In this document: piece after piece, positions 48,232 to 58,125 of the stretch
Position numbering within the stretch: position 1 is the first letter of the stretch
Layout: every line of letters begins with the position of its first letter
Source of the DNA: Candidatus Eiseniibacteriota bacterium
Lineage (GTDB): Bacteria > Eisenbacteria > RBG-16-71-46
Reading direction: 5' to 3'
Length of the DNA: 64,000 nt
Assembly: GCA_963707915.1 (NCBI GenBank)
Contig: OY970178.1
Location: 2,144,001 to 2,208,000, forward strand
Notes under the pieces: model-generated
The model's input: only the letters and a program-made list of their open reading frames with translations
Told to the model about the DNA's origin: nothing
The model's database searches: none
Translations under genes and position numbers: made by a program

Positions 48232-51200
48232 TCAGCGAACGATCACGGCCCGGGCCGTCAACCTGCGGCTGCCCCTTGCCAGGCGCACCAGGTACACGCC
48301 CGGTGCCAGCGAGCGTCTCTCTCCCAACTGCACCACGTGACTGCCGCCACCGAGCGGTCCGACCTCCCGCACCGCCACCCGGCGTCCGGCCAGGTCGAAC
48401 GCCTCCAGCCGCGCCGGCGCGGCATCGGGCAGCGAGAACGCCACCGCCAGCGCCACCGTCGCCGGGTTCGGGCACACCCCGGCGAGCGCCAACTCCGCGA
48501 CGCGCGGCACGTCCACCCAGGTCTCGCCCGCGAAGACCTCCCGTCCCTGGTCGAGCACGCCGAGCCGGTAGCCGTATCGCGTGCCCGGGGTCACCTGCCG
48601 GTCCTCGTAGACGACCAGCCCGGTCCCGTCCGCGGAGACGCTGCCAAGCGCGCTCCACGCTGCGTCGGCCACGCGCCGGTACACCGTCACGGCGCCACCA
48701 TCGCCGCCCGCCGTGTACCACGTCAGGCGCACCCGGTCCGGGTCGGCCAGCGCGCTCACCAGCGAGAGCAGCACCGGCGTGGACACGTCGTGGAGGTTGT
48801 GAGAGCAGGTGACGTGCTGCGGCAGGCCGCGCAGCGTCACGCGGAAGACCAGCGGGTTCAGGCCGTTCGCCGCGCTGTCCGGCACCGGGACCGAGAGGGG
48901 GACCGGCGCCGTGCCGTCCGCGCCGACCACGACGCTCCCCGAGACCGGGAAGCCGGGCCAGTCGCGTCCGCTCGCGAGCGTGTAGTCGGCGGTCTGCGCG
49001 AAGGCGTAGGGGTTGGTGACGCCGTAGCCGAGGTCACTGCTCGCTCCCGCCGTCCACACGACGTCCGCAGGGCAGGTCACGCCGGCCAGGGCGGGCGCGC
49101 CCCAGGTCAGCGACCGGATCTCGCTGCATGGGTTCGCGACCCAGCCGCCGACGAGCATCATGCGATCGCGCAGCGGATCGTAGATCGCGCTGTGGCCGTA
49201 CCGCGCGTTCGGCGGTGAGCCGGAGGGAGTCAGTTGCGTCCACTCGGGCGTGCCCGCCAGCGAGAGGGCCCAGACGTCGTCGAGGGGGTGCTCGCCGCCG
49301 CCCCCGAACACCACCATGCGGTCGCGCACCGGGTCGTAGATCGCGCTGTGGCACATTCGCGCGCCCGGCGGCGTGCCGGTGGGCGTCAACTGCATCCAGG
49401 CCGGCGCGCCGGCCAGCGAGAGGGCCCAGACGTCGTTGAGGCGGTAGTCGCCGTAGCCCCCGAACACCACCATGCGGTCGCGCACCGGGTCGTAGATCGC
49501 GCTGTGGCACATTCGCGCGCCCGGCGACGTGCTGTAGGGAGTCAGGTCCGTCCACCTGGGTGTGCCCGCCAGTGACAACGCCCAGACATCGTCGAGGCGG
49601 ATGTCCCCGCTGTCGTCGCCCCCGAACACCACCATGCGATCGCGCACCGGGTCGTAGATCGCGACGAGGCCGACCCGGCCGACCGGGGGCGCGCCCGTGG
49701 GCGTCAGTCTCGTCCAGGCCGGGGTGTCCCCCATGGACAGTGACCATACGTCGTTCCGGAATTCGGCCGATCCGTCGAGGCCCCCGAACACGACCATTCG
49801 CTCGCGCACCGGGTCGTAGATCGCGCTGTGGAGGCACCGCGCGCTCGGCCGCGTGCCCGTCGGTTCCAGCGCCGTCCAGGTCGGCTTGTCCGCCGGCGAC
49901 AGCGACCAGACGTCATTGAAGGTGGCCGAGGCCCCATCACCTCCGAACACGACCATGCGGTCGCGCACCGGATCGTAGATCGTGCTGTGGAGGAACACCC
50001 CGGGCTGGGAATGGGAACCGGTCCAGGCCAGCGTGTCCGCCAGCGACAATGCCATGACGTCGTTGTAGTAGGCGTACCAAGGGGAGAGCCTGGCGACGCC
50101 CGCGAACACCAGCATGCGGTCGCGCACCGGATCGTAGATGGCGCCGTGACCGGCCCGCGCACCCGGCAACGTGCCGTCGGGTGCCAGCGCCGTCCACGCC
50201 GACGTGCCTGCGAGTGGGAACGCCCAGGTGTCTTCGAGCAGGCCGTCGAGGCCCGTACCCCCGAACACGATCATGCGGTCACGCACCGGGTCGTACACGG
50301 CGCTGTGGGCAAGCCGTGCGCCCGGCGAGGCTCCGTTCGGCGACAGCATCGTCCAGGCCGCCGTGCCCGCCAGCGGCAATGCCCAGGCGTCCCCGTAGGA
50401 GTAGTTCGCAGGGTAGGCGCCGGCGCCACCCCCGAACACCACCATGCGGTCACGCACCGGGTCGTAGATCGCGCTGTGGAGGTACCGTCCGCCCGGCGTG
50501 GTCGGGGAGTTCGGCAGCGCCGTCCAGCCCGGCGTGCCCCCCAGTGACAGCGCCCAGACGTCGTTGTACCAGCGCCAATCGTCATAGCCCCCGAACACCA
50601 CCATGCGGTCGCGCACCGGGTCGTAGATCGCGCTGTGCCCGTAACGCGCGTTCGGCAGCGAACCGGACGGGGTCAACAGCGTCCACTCGGTCGTGTCCCC
50701 CAGCGACAACGTCCAGACGTCGTTGCGGCGGTAGCCGTCGAAGCCTCCGAACACCACCATGCGGTCGCGCACCGGGTCGTAGATGGCGGTGTGGGAATAG
50801 CGCGCGCTCGGCGGCGTGCCGTCGGGCGTCAACTGGGTCCAGGCCGGCGCGCCCGCCAGCGTGAGCGCCCAGACGTCGTTGCGGGCGGAACCGTCGTAGC
50901 CCCCGAACACCACCATGCGGTCGCGCACCGGATCGTAGACCGCGCTCGGGTAGTCCCGCGCGCTCATCGGGCTGACCGGGATGATTCCCGGGTCGGGCTC
51001 GGACCACGAACCGTCGTCCGCCGCCGGAGCGCGGGTCGGGGGGGCCGGGCGGGTGTCGGTCGCAGGAGGACGGAGCGCCGACGGATCGCTCCCGCGCGCC
51101 AGGCGCATCATGAGTGCGCGCTGCCAGCGCGGCAGCAGCGTGTCGGCCGCTGCTAGCGCCAGTCCCTGGCGCGCTTCGGGCGCCAGCGACGGCACGCCCG

Positions 51201-51300
51201 GGAGTCCGGGCTGGCCGGAAGCGGCGACCGGGACCGCCAGGAAGAGGAGGAGGAGCGCGAGGACCCGGGCGGGGGCGCGGAACGGATGCGGCGGCCTCAT
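48232..51300 (-). CDS. Secreted kelch-repeat protein (12 blades) with a C-terminal FlgD/T9SS-like sorting domain
   Basis: Signal peptide; 12 copies of H-S-A-I-YDPVRDRMVVFGG...DVW; C-terminus FSLPDAAPARLEAFDLAGRRV...PGVYLVRL. Confidence 0.9.
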   Translation of the reverse strand: MRPPHPFRAPARVLALLLLFLAVPVAASGQPGLPGVPSLAPEARQGLALAAADTLLPRWQRALMMRLARGSDPSALRPPATDTRPAPPTRAPAADDGSWSEPDPGIIPVSPMSARDYPSAVYDPVRDRMVVFGGYDGSARNDVWALTLAGAPAWTQLTPDGTPPSARYSHTAIYDPVRDRMVVFGGFDGYRRNDVWTLSLGDTTEWTLLTPSGSLPNARYGHSAIYDPVRDRMVVFGGYDDWRWYNDVWALSLGGTPGWTALPNSPTTPGGRYLHSAIYDPVRDRMVVFGGGAGAYPANYSYGDAWALPLAGTAAWTMLSPNGASPGARLAHSAVYDPVRDRMIVFGGTGLDGLLEDTWAFPLAGTSAWTALAPDGTLPGARAGHGAIYDPVRDRMLVFAGVARLSPWYAYYNDVMALSLADTLAWTGSHSQPGVFLHSTIYDPVRDRMVVFGGDGASATFNDVWSLSPADKPTWTALEPTGTRPSARCLHSAIYDPVRERMVVFGGLDGSAEFRNDVWSLSMGDTPAWTRLTPTGAPPVGRVGLVAIYDPVRDRMVVFGGDDSGDIRLDDVWALSLAGTPRWTDLTPYSTSPGARMCHSAIYDPVRDRMVVFGGYGDYRLNDVWALSLAGAPAWMQLTPTGTPPGARMCHSAIYDPVRDRMVVFGGGGEHPLDDVWALSLAGTPEWTQLTPSGSPPNARYGHSAIYDPLRDRMMLVGGWVANPCSEIRSLTWGAPALAGVTCPADVVWTAGASSDLGYGVTNPYAFAQTADYTLASGRDWPGFPVSGSVVVGADGTAPVPLSVPVPDSAANGLNPLVFRVTLRGLPQHVTCSHNLHDVSTPVLLSLVSALADPDRVRLTWYTAGGDGGAVTVYRRVADAAWSALGSVSADGTGLVVYEDRQVTPGTRYGYRLGVLDQGREVFAGETWVDVPRVAELALAGVCPNPATVALAVAFSLPDAAPARLEAFDLAGRRVAVREVGPLGGGSHVVQLGERRSLAPGVYLVRLARGSRRLTARAVIVR
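49150..50945. repeat. Intragenic repeat array (about 12 units, 150-180 bp period) encoding kelch blades
   Basis: Near-identical core gaacaccaccatgcggtcgcgcaccgggtcgtagatcgcgctgtg recurs throughout. Confidence 0.9.
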
Positions 51301-51435
51301 GGGCAGTCTCTCGGGTGACGACTGGGACTCTCGGAGCCGGCGTGGAATCGGCGCCTATCATATAGCGAACGGCGCTCCATATCACCCTATTCCAGCGCAC
51401 GGCTCCCGGACCCGGCCGGCCGGGCCACCGCCCCC

Positions 51436-52332
51436 CTACCGCAGGAACAGCACCACCACCCCCGCCACCGCCACCAGCGCGCCGGCGAGGGTCCGCAGGC
51501 TCAGGCGTTCGCCGTGGAAGCGCGCCGAGAGCAGCAGGGTCAGCACCGGGTAGATGGCGGTGATCGAGGCGGCCACGCCGGCCTCGATGTACTTGAGCGC
51601 GGTGAGCGACAGGGTGACGCCCATGAACGGCCCGAAGAAGGCCCCGCCCACCATGAAGCCCGAGGCCCGGCCGTCGCGCAGGGCGCCCAGCGTGCGGCGC
51701 ACGTCGCGCTGGAGCGCGGCCAGCAACCAGATCCCGACCGCGGCCGCCACGATGCGGACCACGGTCGCCGAGAGCGGATCGAGATCCGAACGCAGCGCCA
51801 TCTTCGACAGCACGTAGCCGCCCGCCTGCCCCACCGCGGCCAGCACCCCCGCCACCACGCCGACGAGCGCCGAGCCTTCGACGTGCGCCTTCGCCGGTTG
51901 CTCGCGCTCCCAGATCACCCAGCCGATGCCGCCCAGCGTGAGCGCCATCCCGAGCAGGATGAGCGGCCCGGGGTGCTCGCCCAGCAGCGGCCACGCGAGC
52001 AACGCCGTGAAGATGGGCGCCGTCGAGGTGACCAGCGCCGCCCGCCCGGGGCCGATGATGACGAGCGAGCGGAAGTAGTAGGTGTCGCCGAAGACAAAAC
52101 CCACGAGACCGCTCAGCGCGAGCAGCCCGACCTGCCACGGGGTCGCCCACACCGGCCAGGGGGAGCCGCGCAGCACCAGCAGCGCCGTGCACAGCAGCAG
52201 CGCGGCCACGCTGATGCGCAGCCGGTTGAGCACCACCGATCCCATGCGCTGCCCGGCGGCGGCGAAGAAGTTGGAGCCGGCCGCCCAGCACACGGCGGTG
52301 CCGAGCGCGGCGAATTCGCCAGCGAATCTCAC
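51436..52332 (-). CDS. DMT/EamA family transporter
   Basis: GTG start after AGGAG; about 10 TM helices in two EamA repeats (GDTYYFRSL..GPGRA; ALKYIEAGVA). Confidence 0.9.
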   Translation of the reverse strand: MRFAGEFAALGTAVCWAAGSNFFAAAGQRMGSVVLNRLRISVAALLLCTALLVLRGSPWPVWATPWQVGLLALSGLVGFVFGDTYYFRSLVIIGPGRAALVTSTAPIFTALLAWPLLGEHPGPLILLGMALTLGGIGWVIWEREQPAKAHVEGSALVGVVAGVLAAVGQAGGYVLSKMALRSDLDPLSATVVRIVAAAVGIWLLAALQRDVRRTLGALRDGRASGFMVGGAFFGPFMGVTLSLTALKYIEAGVAASITAIYPVLTLLLSARFHGERLSLRTLAGALVAVAGVVVLFLR

Positions 52333-52538
52333 GGGGCGCTCCTCCTGCGAAGGGGAGAGGCAAGGTACCCGAGCGGGAGCTTCGGAGGCCAGTCGGCGCG
52401 CGGCCGTGCGACCGGGGCGCGAGAGAGAGCGCGCTGGTCGCGCGTTCCGCGGCGTTCGCCCGATGACCCGCCGCTTGCCGCTGCGCACGTGGGAGGATGG
52501 AGCCCTCATCCAGCCGGGCGGAGATCCACGGAACCCAT

Positions 52539-53531
52539 ATGCCCGGTGGCGCCGCATCGCAGGTCGACAAGTCGAGGCACGTGCTCGCGACCCCGAGGGT
52601 CGTCGCGATCGCGCTCGTCGTCGCCACCGCGGCCTCCCTGGGCTTCCTGCCCCGCGCCACCCCCGACGCCATCGTGTTCTCCTCGGATTGCTGCACCCGC
52701 TCGGCCGAGATCTACCGGGTCCGTCCCGACGGCTCGGGCCTCGCACGGCTCACGGTCAACTCGACCGACGAGCGCGATCCGGCGGTCTCCCCGGACGGCA
52801 GGCGCATCGCCTACGCCTCCGACGCCTCCGGCTTCTCCCAGATCTACTTGATGGACGCCGACGGGACCGGCTCGCGGTGCGTCTTCCACAGCACCTCGTG
52901 GGACGAGAGCCCGCGCTGGTCGCCCGACGGAACGAAGCTCGTCTTCACGAGGCTGTCGCGGTTCGCGGACGTCTCCGGCATCTGGGTCGTGAACGTGGAC
53001 GGGACCGGACTGCGGGGGCTCACGCCGCGCCGGGGCAGCGACTGGGACCCCGACTGGTCCCCCGACGGGACGCGGATCGTCTTCGCGACCCGCAACGGCG
53101 CCCTGCGCCAGGTCCACACCATGCGGGCCGACGGCCGGGACCGGCGCTGCCTCACCCGCGACGCGTCCGACAAGCGCTTCCCGCGGTGGTCCCCGGACGG
53201 CAGGCGGATCGCCTATTCCGCGGTGGGCACCGCGCCGGCCCGCGCGAGCATCCACGTCGTGCGCGCCGACGGCACCGGTGACGTGGCGCTGACCACGGGC
53301 GCCACCGAGGACGGCCGCCCGACGTGGTCGCCGGACGGCGCGAGGATCGTGTTCCAGTCGGGCCGCGGCGGGGCCCGCTCGATCCGCACCATGAGCGCCG
53401 ACGGCTCGGACCTCCGCCGCGTGACGTCCGGCGATTGCCCCGGGAGCGACCGGAGCCTGGACTGGGGACCGACCGAGCCGGTCGGCCTCCTCCGCGGCGG
53501 CCCGTGGCCCGCCACGCGGGCCGTGCTGTGA
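52539..53531 (+). CDS. TolB-like PD40 beta-propeller protein
   Basis: Repeats PAVSPDGRRIAY, PRWSPDGTKLVF, PDWSPDG and PTWSPDG. Start uncertain. Confidence 0.85.
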   Translation: MPGGAASQVDKSRHVLATPRVVAIALVVATAASLGFLPRATPDAIVFSSDCCTRSAEIYRVRPDGSGLARLTVNSTDERDPAVSPDGRRIAYASDASGFSQIYLMDADGTGSRCVFHSTSWDESPRWSPDGTKLVFTRLSRFADVSGIWVVNVDGTGLRGLTPRRGSDWDPDWSPDGTRIVFATRNGALRQVHTMRADGRDRRCLTRDASDKRFPRWSPDGRRIAYSAVGTAPARASIHVVRADGTGDVALTTGATEDGRPTWSPDGARIVFQSGRGGARSIRTMSADGSDLRRVTSGDCPGSDRSLDWGPTEPVGLLRGGPWPATRAVL

Positions 53532-53647
53532 ACTGACCGGCGGCGCCCGCGGCACGGAGAGCCGCCGCGCCGCCGCACGAAGCCGAGGGGCCGGGCGCAT
53601 CAGCGCCCGGCCCCGCTCTCACGCCCCGCGGATCGCGCGAGGGCCGC

Positions 53648-54904
53648 CTACGCCCGCTCTTCCCACACCCGCGCGAGGTTGACGATCATCTCGACCGCCT
53701 TGGCCATGTCCTGGACCGAGATCCACTCCAGTCGCGAATGGAAGTTGTGCTCGCCGGCGAAGATGTTCGGAGTCGGCAGGCCCATGAACGAGAGCCGCGA
53801 ACCGTCGGTGCCGCCGCGGATCGCGGCCTCGCGCAGCTCGAGCCCGGTGCGGCGCACCGCCTCGCGCGCGTTCTCGACCACCTGCGGGTAGTGGTCGAGC
53901 ACTTCCTTCATGTTGCGGTAGGACTCCTCGACCTTGCAGGTGACGGACGCGCCCGGCCAGGCCGCGACGGTCTCCTTCGCCAGCTTCTCGAGGAAGTCCT
54001 CCTTGGTCTTCAGCTCCGCGGTGACGAAGTCGCGGATCAGGAACTTGACCGAGGTCTTCTCGACCGCGGCGTCCACGACGTACGGGTGGACGAAGCCCTC
54101 GCGCTTCTCGGTGGTCTCGGGCGACAGCCCGACCTTGGGCAGCCGCGAGAGGAAGTCGGCCGCGATCTTGATGGAGTTGATCAGCTTGCCCTTGCCGAAG
54201 CCGGGGTGGGTGTTGAAGCCCTCGAACGTGATGGTCATCGAGTCGGCCGAGAAGGTCTCCATCTCGACCTCGCCGAGGTCCTCGCCGTCCACGGTGTAGG
54301 CGCAATAGGCGCCGAACTTCTTCACGTCGAAGTACTTGGTCCCGCCGCCCACTTCCTCGTCCGGCGTGAAGCCGACGCGGATCGCCCCGTGCGCGATCTC
54401 CGGGTGCTGCACCAGGTACTCGGCCGCGGCCACGACCTCCGCCACGCCCGCCTTGTTGTCCGCGCCCAGCAGCGTCTTGCCCGAGGCCGTGACGATGTCG
54501 TGGCCCTTCTTCCCGGCGAGCACCGGGCTGTCGTTCGCCTTGAGCACCGTGGACGGGTCGTCGGGCAGCACGATGTCGCCGCCCTGCCAGTTGCGGTGGA
54601 TGATCGGCTTCACGTTCGCGCCGTCCGCCTCGGGCGAGGTGTCCACGTGCGCGATGAAGCCGACCACCGGCACGTTCGGCTTCTTCGTCGTCGCCGGCAC
54701 GGTCGCGAAGACGTAGCCGTACTCGTCGCGTGCCGCGTCCTTGAGCCCGATCGCCTTCAGCTCCTCGACCAGCTTGTCGATCAGCACGAACTGCTTCGCC
54801 GTGCTCGGGTAGGTCTCGGAGTTCTCGTCCGACTGGGTGTCGTACGTGACGTAGCGCAGGAAGCGCTCGAGCTCGGTGGTCTTGAGCGGCGGGTTCGGCG
54901 ACAT
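53648..54904 (-). CDS. pepT: Peptidase T (tripeptide aminopeptidase, M20)
   Basis: ERFLRYVTYDTQS, FIAHVDTSP, LLGADNKAG, FTPDEEVG, IRGGTDG and HNFHS. Confidence 0.96.
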   Translation of the reverse strand: MSPNPPLKTTELERFLRYVTYDTQSDENSETYPSTAKQFVLIDKLVEELKAIGLKDAARDEYGYVFATVPATTKKPNVPVVGFIAHVDTSPEADGANVKPIIHRNWQGGDIVLPDDPSTVLKANDSPVLAGKKGHDIVTASGKTLLGADNKAGVAEVVAAAEYLVQHPEIAHGAIRVGFTPDEEVGGGTKYFDVKKFGAYCAYTVDGEDLGEVEMETFSADSMTITFEGFNTHPGFGKGKLINSIKIAADFLSRLPKVGLSPETTEKREGFVHPYVVDAAVEKTSVKFLIRDFVTAELKTKEDFLEKLAKETVAAWPGASVTCKVEESYRNMKEVLDHYPQVVENAREAVRRTGLELREAAIRGGTDGSRLSFMGLPTPNIFAGEHNFHSRLEWISVQDMAKAVEMIVNLARVWEERA

Positions 54905-55016
54905 GACGGGCTCCTGGGTTGGCCGGAACGTTCGTGGAGAGACGAGCGTGAGGCTAGTCGAGCCCCCCGGTCGAGGCAAACACCGGGCCGAGCCGCCACC
55001 CGCGTGCGCCGCGCGG

Positions 55017-55454
55017 CTAGAGCAGTTCCTCGAGGATCTCCGCGGCGCTCCGCACGAAGGCGGGACAACGGCGCTTGAACAGGTCCTGGGCGCGCGCGCG
55101 CTCGAGCCCCTCGGGGGTGCCGATGTCGCAACCGAGCAACTCCCGGCACACGATCGTCCCGTGCCGCGCCTGGAACCGGGCCAGGAACTCCCGCACCGGC
55201 GGATAGGCCTGCTGCTTGCCCAGCGGATCCGCCTCCGCCGGGACGCCGCAGTGCCGCAGCCCGAGCGCCATGATCGCGCCGGTGACCGCACCGCAGGTCT
55301 CTCCCGCGCGCCCGAAGCCGCCGCCGAAGCCGGCGGCCACGCGCAGCGCGGTCTCGCGCGGCAGGTCCGCGGGGTCGGCGAACGCGGCGAACACCGACTG
55401 GGAACAGGCGAACTCCTGCTCGAACATCCGTACTGCCGTCTCGATGCGGTCCAC
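55017..55454 (-). CDS. C_GCAxxG_C_C family putative redox protein
   Basis: ACSQSV, GFGGG, TCGAVTGA, GTIVCRELLG and RCPAFV. Confidence 0.9.
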   Translation of the reverse strand: MDRIETAVRMFEQEFACSQSVFAAFADPADLPRETALRVAAGFGGGFGRAGETCGAVTGAIMALGLRHCGVPAEADPLGKQQAYPPVREFLARFQARHGTIVCRELLGCDIGTPEGLERARAQDLFKRRCPAFVRSAAEILEELL

Positions 55455-55563
55455 GGAGCGTCTCCCGGATCGGGTTGACCTGCCTGGCCTGGCCCATTCA
55501 CGACGCGTCGCTGCGAACGCGGGAGGACCGCGCTCGCAGGCGGCGCGCCACGAACCGTCCAGG

Positions 55564-56811
55564 CTAGATCATCCGCCGCAGGGTAACCGAACGCTCGGCG
55601 CGGGTCCCATCCCGCTCCACGGTCAGGCGAAGCGTGGCGCCCTCCTGCTTGAACAGGTCCAGCAGGCCTTCCTGACGGGTGCTGTCGAGTTCCCGTCCAT
55701 CGATGGCGACGATGCGGTCGCCGGGCGCGATGCTGGCTTCGGCCGCGGACGAACCCTCCATCACGGTGCGGACGGACAAGGAACCATCTCTCCGCGGCCG
55801 CAGGACCAGGCCCGCCATGTTGTGCTCGAAGGGCCGATCGTAGCCGGGCCGGGGGGAGAGCAGCATCCGCTGATGGGGGTAGTCGATGACCACGCGGAAT
55901 CTCCTCAGGACCTGGTTTCCCAGGTTCCCATCTGCGCCCGTGCCCAGGCCAGCGCAGGTCGTTCCGGTCTCCTTGCCGGCGAAGGAACTGACGACGCTCG
56001 GGAGGGTGAACGGCCCGAGGCGCAGGTTCCGGATGCGCCCGATCCGCCCTTTGACTTCCCCCTGGACCCCCTTCCCGACGATGGACGTGATCGTCTTCGC
56101 GGGAAGCGTGAGACGCTTCGTCTCCGGCTGGAGGGAGAGCGCATGCGCGGCCCCCAGATCGACCACGAGACGGACCGCGACCTTCTCCTGATCCTCGTTC
56201 TCGACCTGCGCTTCCACGGTCGGGAACCCGGCGGCCAACTCCACGGGGATGCTCTCGAAGCCCCGCGCCTGGAACGATCCGCTCTCGTAGAGCGAGAGGA
56301 CCGAGCGCTCGAAGTCGAGGTCGACGACGTACCGGTCGAAGATCGACTTGCCGATGACCCCGTCCCACTCCCAGGAGGACGTGTCTCGTGCCTCGGCCAT
56401 GGCGATGACCGTCTGCTCCGGCAACTCGATCCCCCCGAAGGCGACGGTGGCGCCCATGTAGAGCAGGCCCTCCGGAGGGGCCTGCCCGCCTGCTCCGCCG
56501 ATCTGCACGGGCTGACCATCCTCGAGCCGAAGCTCATCGCCGAGTTCCCGGTGCATCAGCAGGACGATCGGGGCGGACATGCCGGTGTCCAGTACCATGT
56601 CCAATTCCCGCGACCCGTTGATCCGGACGGGGACCATGATCATGCCGTTGACGCTGTGGAAGGGGATCCGCGCCACCGGAGCCGGCGACATCGTCGGCAC
56701 GGAGGCGTGGCCTCCCCGGGTGTGGTTGTCTGCCCCGGCCGAAGATGCGCTCACCGCGGCCAGAGCCAGCCCGGTGGCCAGCAGGATCCCGACAAATGGC
56801 TGCCTGATCAT
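55564..56811 (-). CDS. Secreted double retropepsin-like aspartyl protease with a PDZ domain
   Basis: Signal peptide; VLDTGMS..DGVIG; VVDLGA..DGNLG; C-terminal PDZ (GSSAAEASIAPGDRIVAIDG). Confidence 0.85.
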   Translation of the reverse strand: MIRQPFVGILLATGLALAAVSASSAGADNHTRGGHASVPTMSPAPVARIPFHSVNGMIMVPVRINGSRELDMVLDTGMSAPIVLLMHRELGDELRLEDGQPVQIGGAGGQAPPEGLLYMGATVAFGGIELPEQTVIAMAEARDTSSWEWDGVIGKSIFDRYVVDLDFERSVLSLYESGSFQARGFESIPVELAAGFPTVEAQVENEDQEKVAVRLVVDLGAAHALSLQPETKRLTLPAKTITSIVGKGVQGEVKGRIGRIRNLRLGPFTLPSVVSSFAGKETGTTCAGLGTGADGNLGNQVLRRFRVVIDYPHQRMLLSPRPGYDRPFEHNMAGLVLRPRRDGSLSVRTVMEGSSAAEASIAPGDRIVAIDGRELDSTRQEGLLDLFKQEGATLRLTVERDGTRAERSVTLRRMI

Positions 56812-56888
56812 GGCTTCCTCCCCTGTCTTCCGGTCGTCCCTCTGTCGCACATGCGCGAGCGAGTCCCGGACTCCCGGCGGGCGGTTCG

Positions 56889-58027
56889 CTACCGCCGGAT
56901 GATCCTCAGTCCCGCGGGCGGATCGACCGGATCGGGCGGCGTCCTGCGGGCGGCGTCGAGCGACCGTGCGAGCCGCGTCTTCTCCTCGTCGTTCGCCGCC
57001 TTCCCGAGCAATCGCTCCACCGCCATGACGTGGGCCACGCGGAGCGCGGTGTCGGCAGCGGCCGCGACGTCGGGCTTCACGCCGACGCCCTCCCAGTTCG
57101 TCCCGGTGACCGGGCTCATGACGCGGCCCGTCGCCACAAAGGCGCTGAAGCCTCCTGGCAACTGGACCATCCCGTTGCCGGGGTTGCCCGCGCCGGCGGT
57201 CTGCTCACCGACGAGCGTGGCGCGCTTCTCGGCCTGCAGGGCGTAGGCAAAACTCTCAGCGGCCGAGCCCGTGAATCGCCCGGTCAGCACGTAGACGTCC
57301 TTGCCCGCGAAGCGCGGGCCCGGCACGTAGGGAAGCGTCCAGTCCGACCTCAGGCCGGCTTCCGGCCCCCCCGGTAGCGGAAGTCGAACAGGTGCAATTG
57401 CTCCGCCGGATCGAGCAGGTACGTGATCAGGAGATTGACCATGCTCGCGAAGCCGCCGCCGTTGCGCCGCACGTCGATGATGAGCGCATCGCTGTGGGCC
57501 AGGAAGCCCATGGCTGCCGCCGCGACCTCGCCCGCCCCGGTCGCGGGGTCGTCGAACACGCGCAAGTCGAGATAGCCGACGTTGCCCGCAAGGCGCTGGA
57601 GCTTCTCGAAGCCGAAGTTGCGCTGCCCCGCCATGGCCCGCATCCGCTCCATGTCGACGGCCGCTCCGCCCCCGCAGCCGATCTGCATCCGGCTGGTCGG
57701 ATCGTAGTGCACGCGCAGGTGCAGATCATGGGCGACGGCATAGAGGTGATCGTTCAGCGTGTCCGCGAAGGCCCGGGCGCTCGTGATGCGGGCGTACTCG
57801 CCGCGGGCGACGTGCCGGCGCAGCGCCTTGACGACATCCTTCGCCACGTCCGGGAACACATAGAGCTCCTCGATCCGCGACGCGAGCGTATCGAGCACGG
57901 CGGTGCGCGTGGCGGCGGAGACCGGGCTGTCGGGAGCGGGAGCGGCCGCGTTCTGCGCGCGGACCGGTGCGGACGCGAGGACCAGGAACAGCGAGAGCAG
58001 GCAGATCGGTGGGACGAGCTTCCTCAT
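56889..58027 (-). CDS. S41 family peptidase (IRBP-like); frameshift in the homopolymer near 57365
   Basis: YVFPDVA, DLHLRV, NVGYLDL, ALIIDVRRNGGG, then VYVLTGRFTGSAAESFAY, VGEQTAG and NWEGVGVKPD. Confidence 0.9.
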
Positions 58028-58100
58028 GGACGTCTTCCTCCGGACGGTGGGTCCATACGGCGCTGCGCAGGGGGCCGACAAGAGGAGTGTCGCGGGCGGC

Positions 58101-58120
58101 GATGAAGAAGGTGTGAAGGC
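58101..58120 (-). promoter_or_regulatory. Direct-repeat box (CTTCAY, 11-nt period) upstream of the S41 peptidase
   Basis: Minus strand GCCTTCACACCTTCTTCATC; 15 of 20 nt identical to 60281-60300. Confidence 0.55.
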
Positions 58121-58125
58121 GGTGG

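Noticed and set aside
49150..50945. Regularly spaced 45-nt repeats resembling a CRISPR array
   Set aside because: The 150-180 bp period is too long, the repeats are in-frame kelch codons of one ORF, and no cas genes are present.
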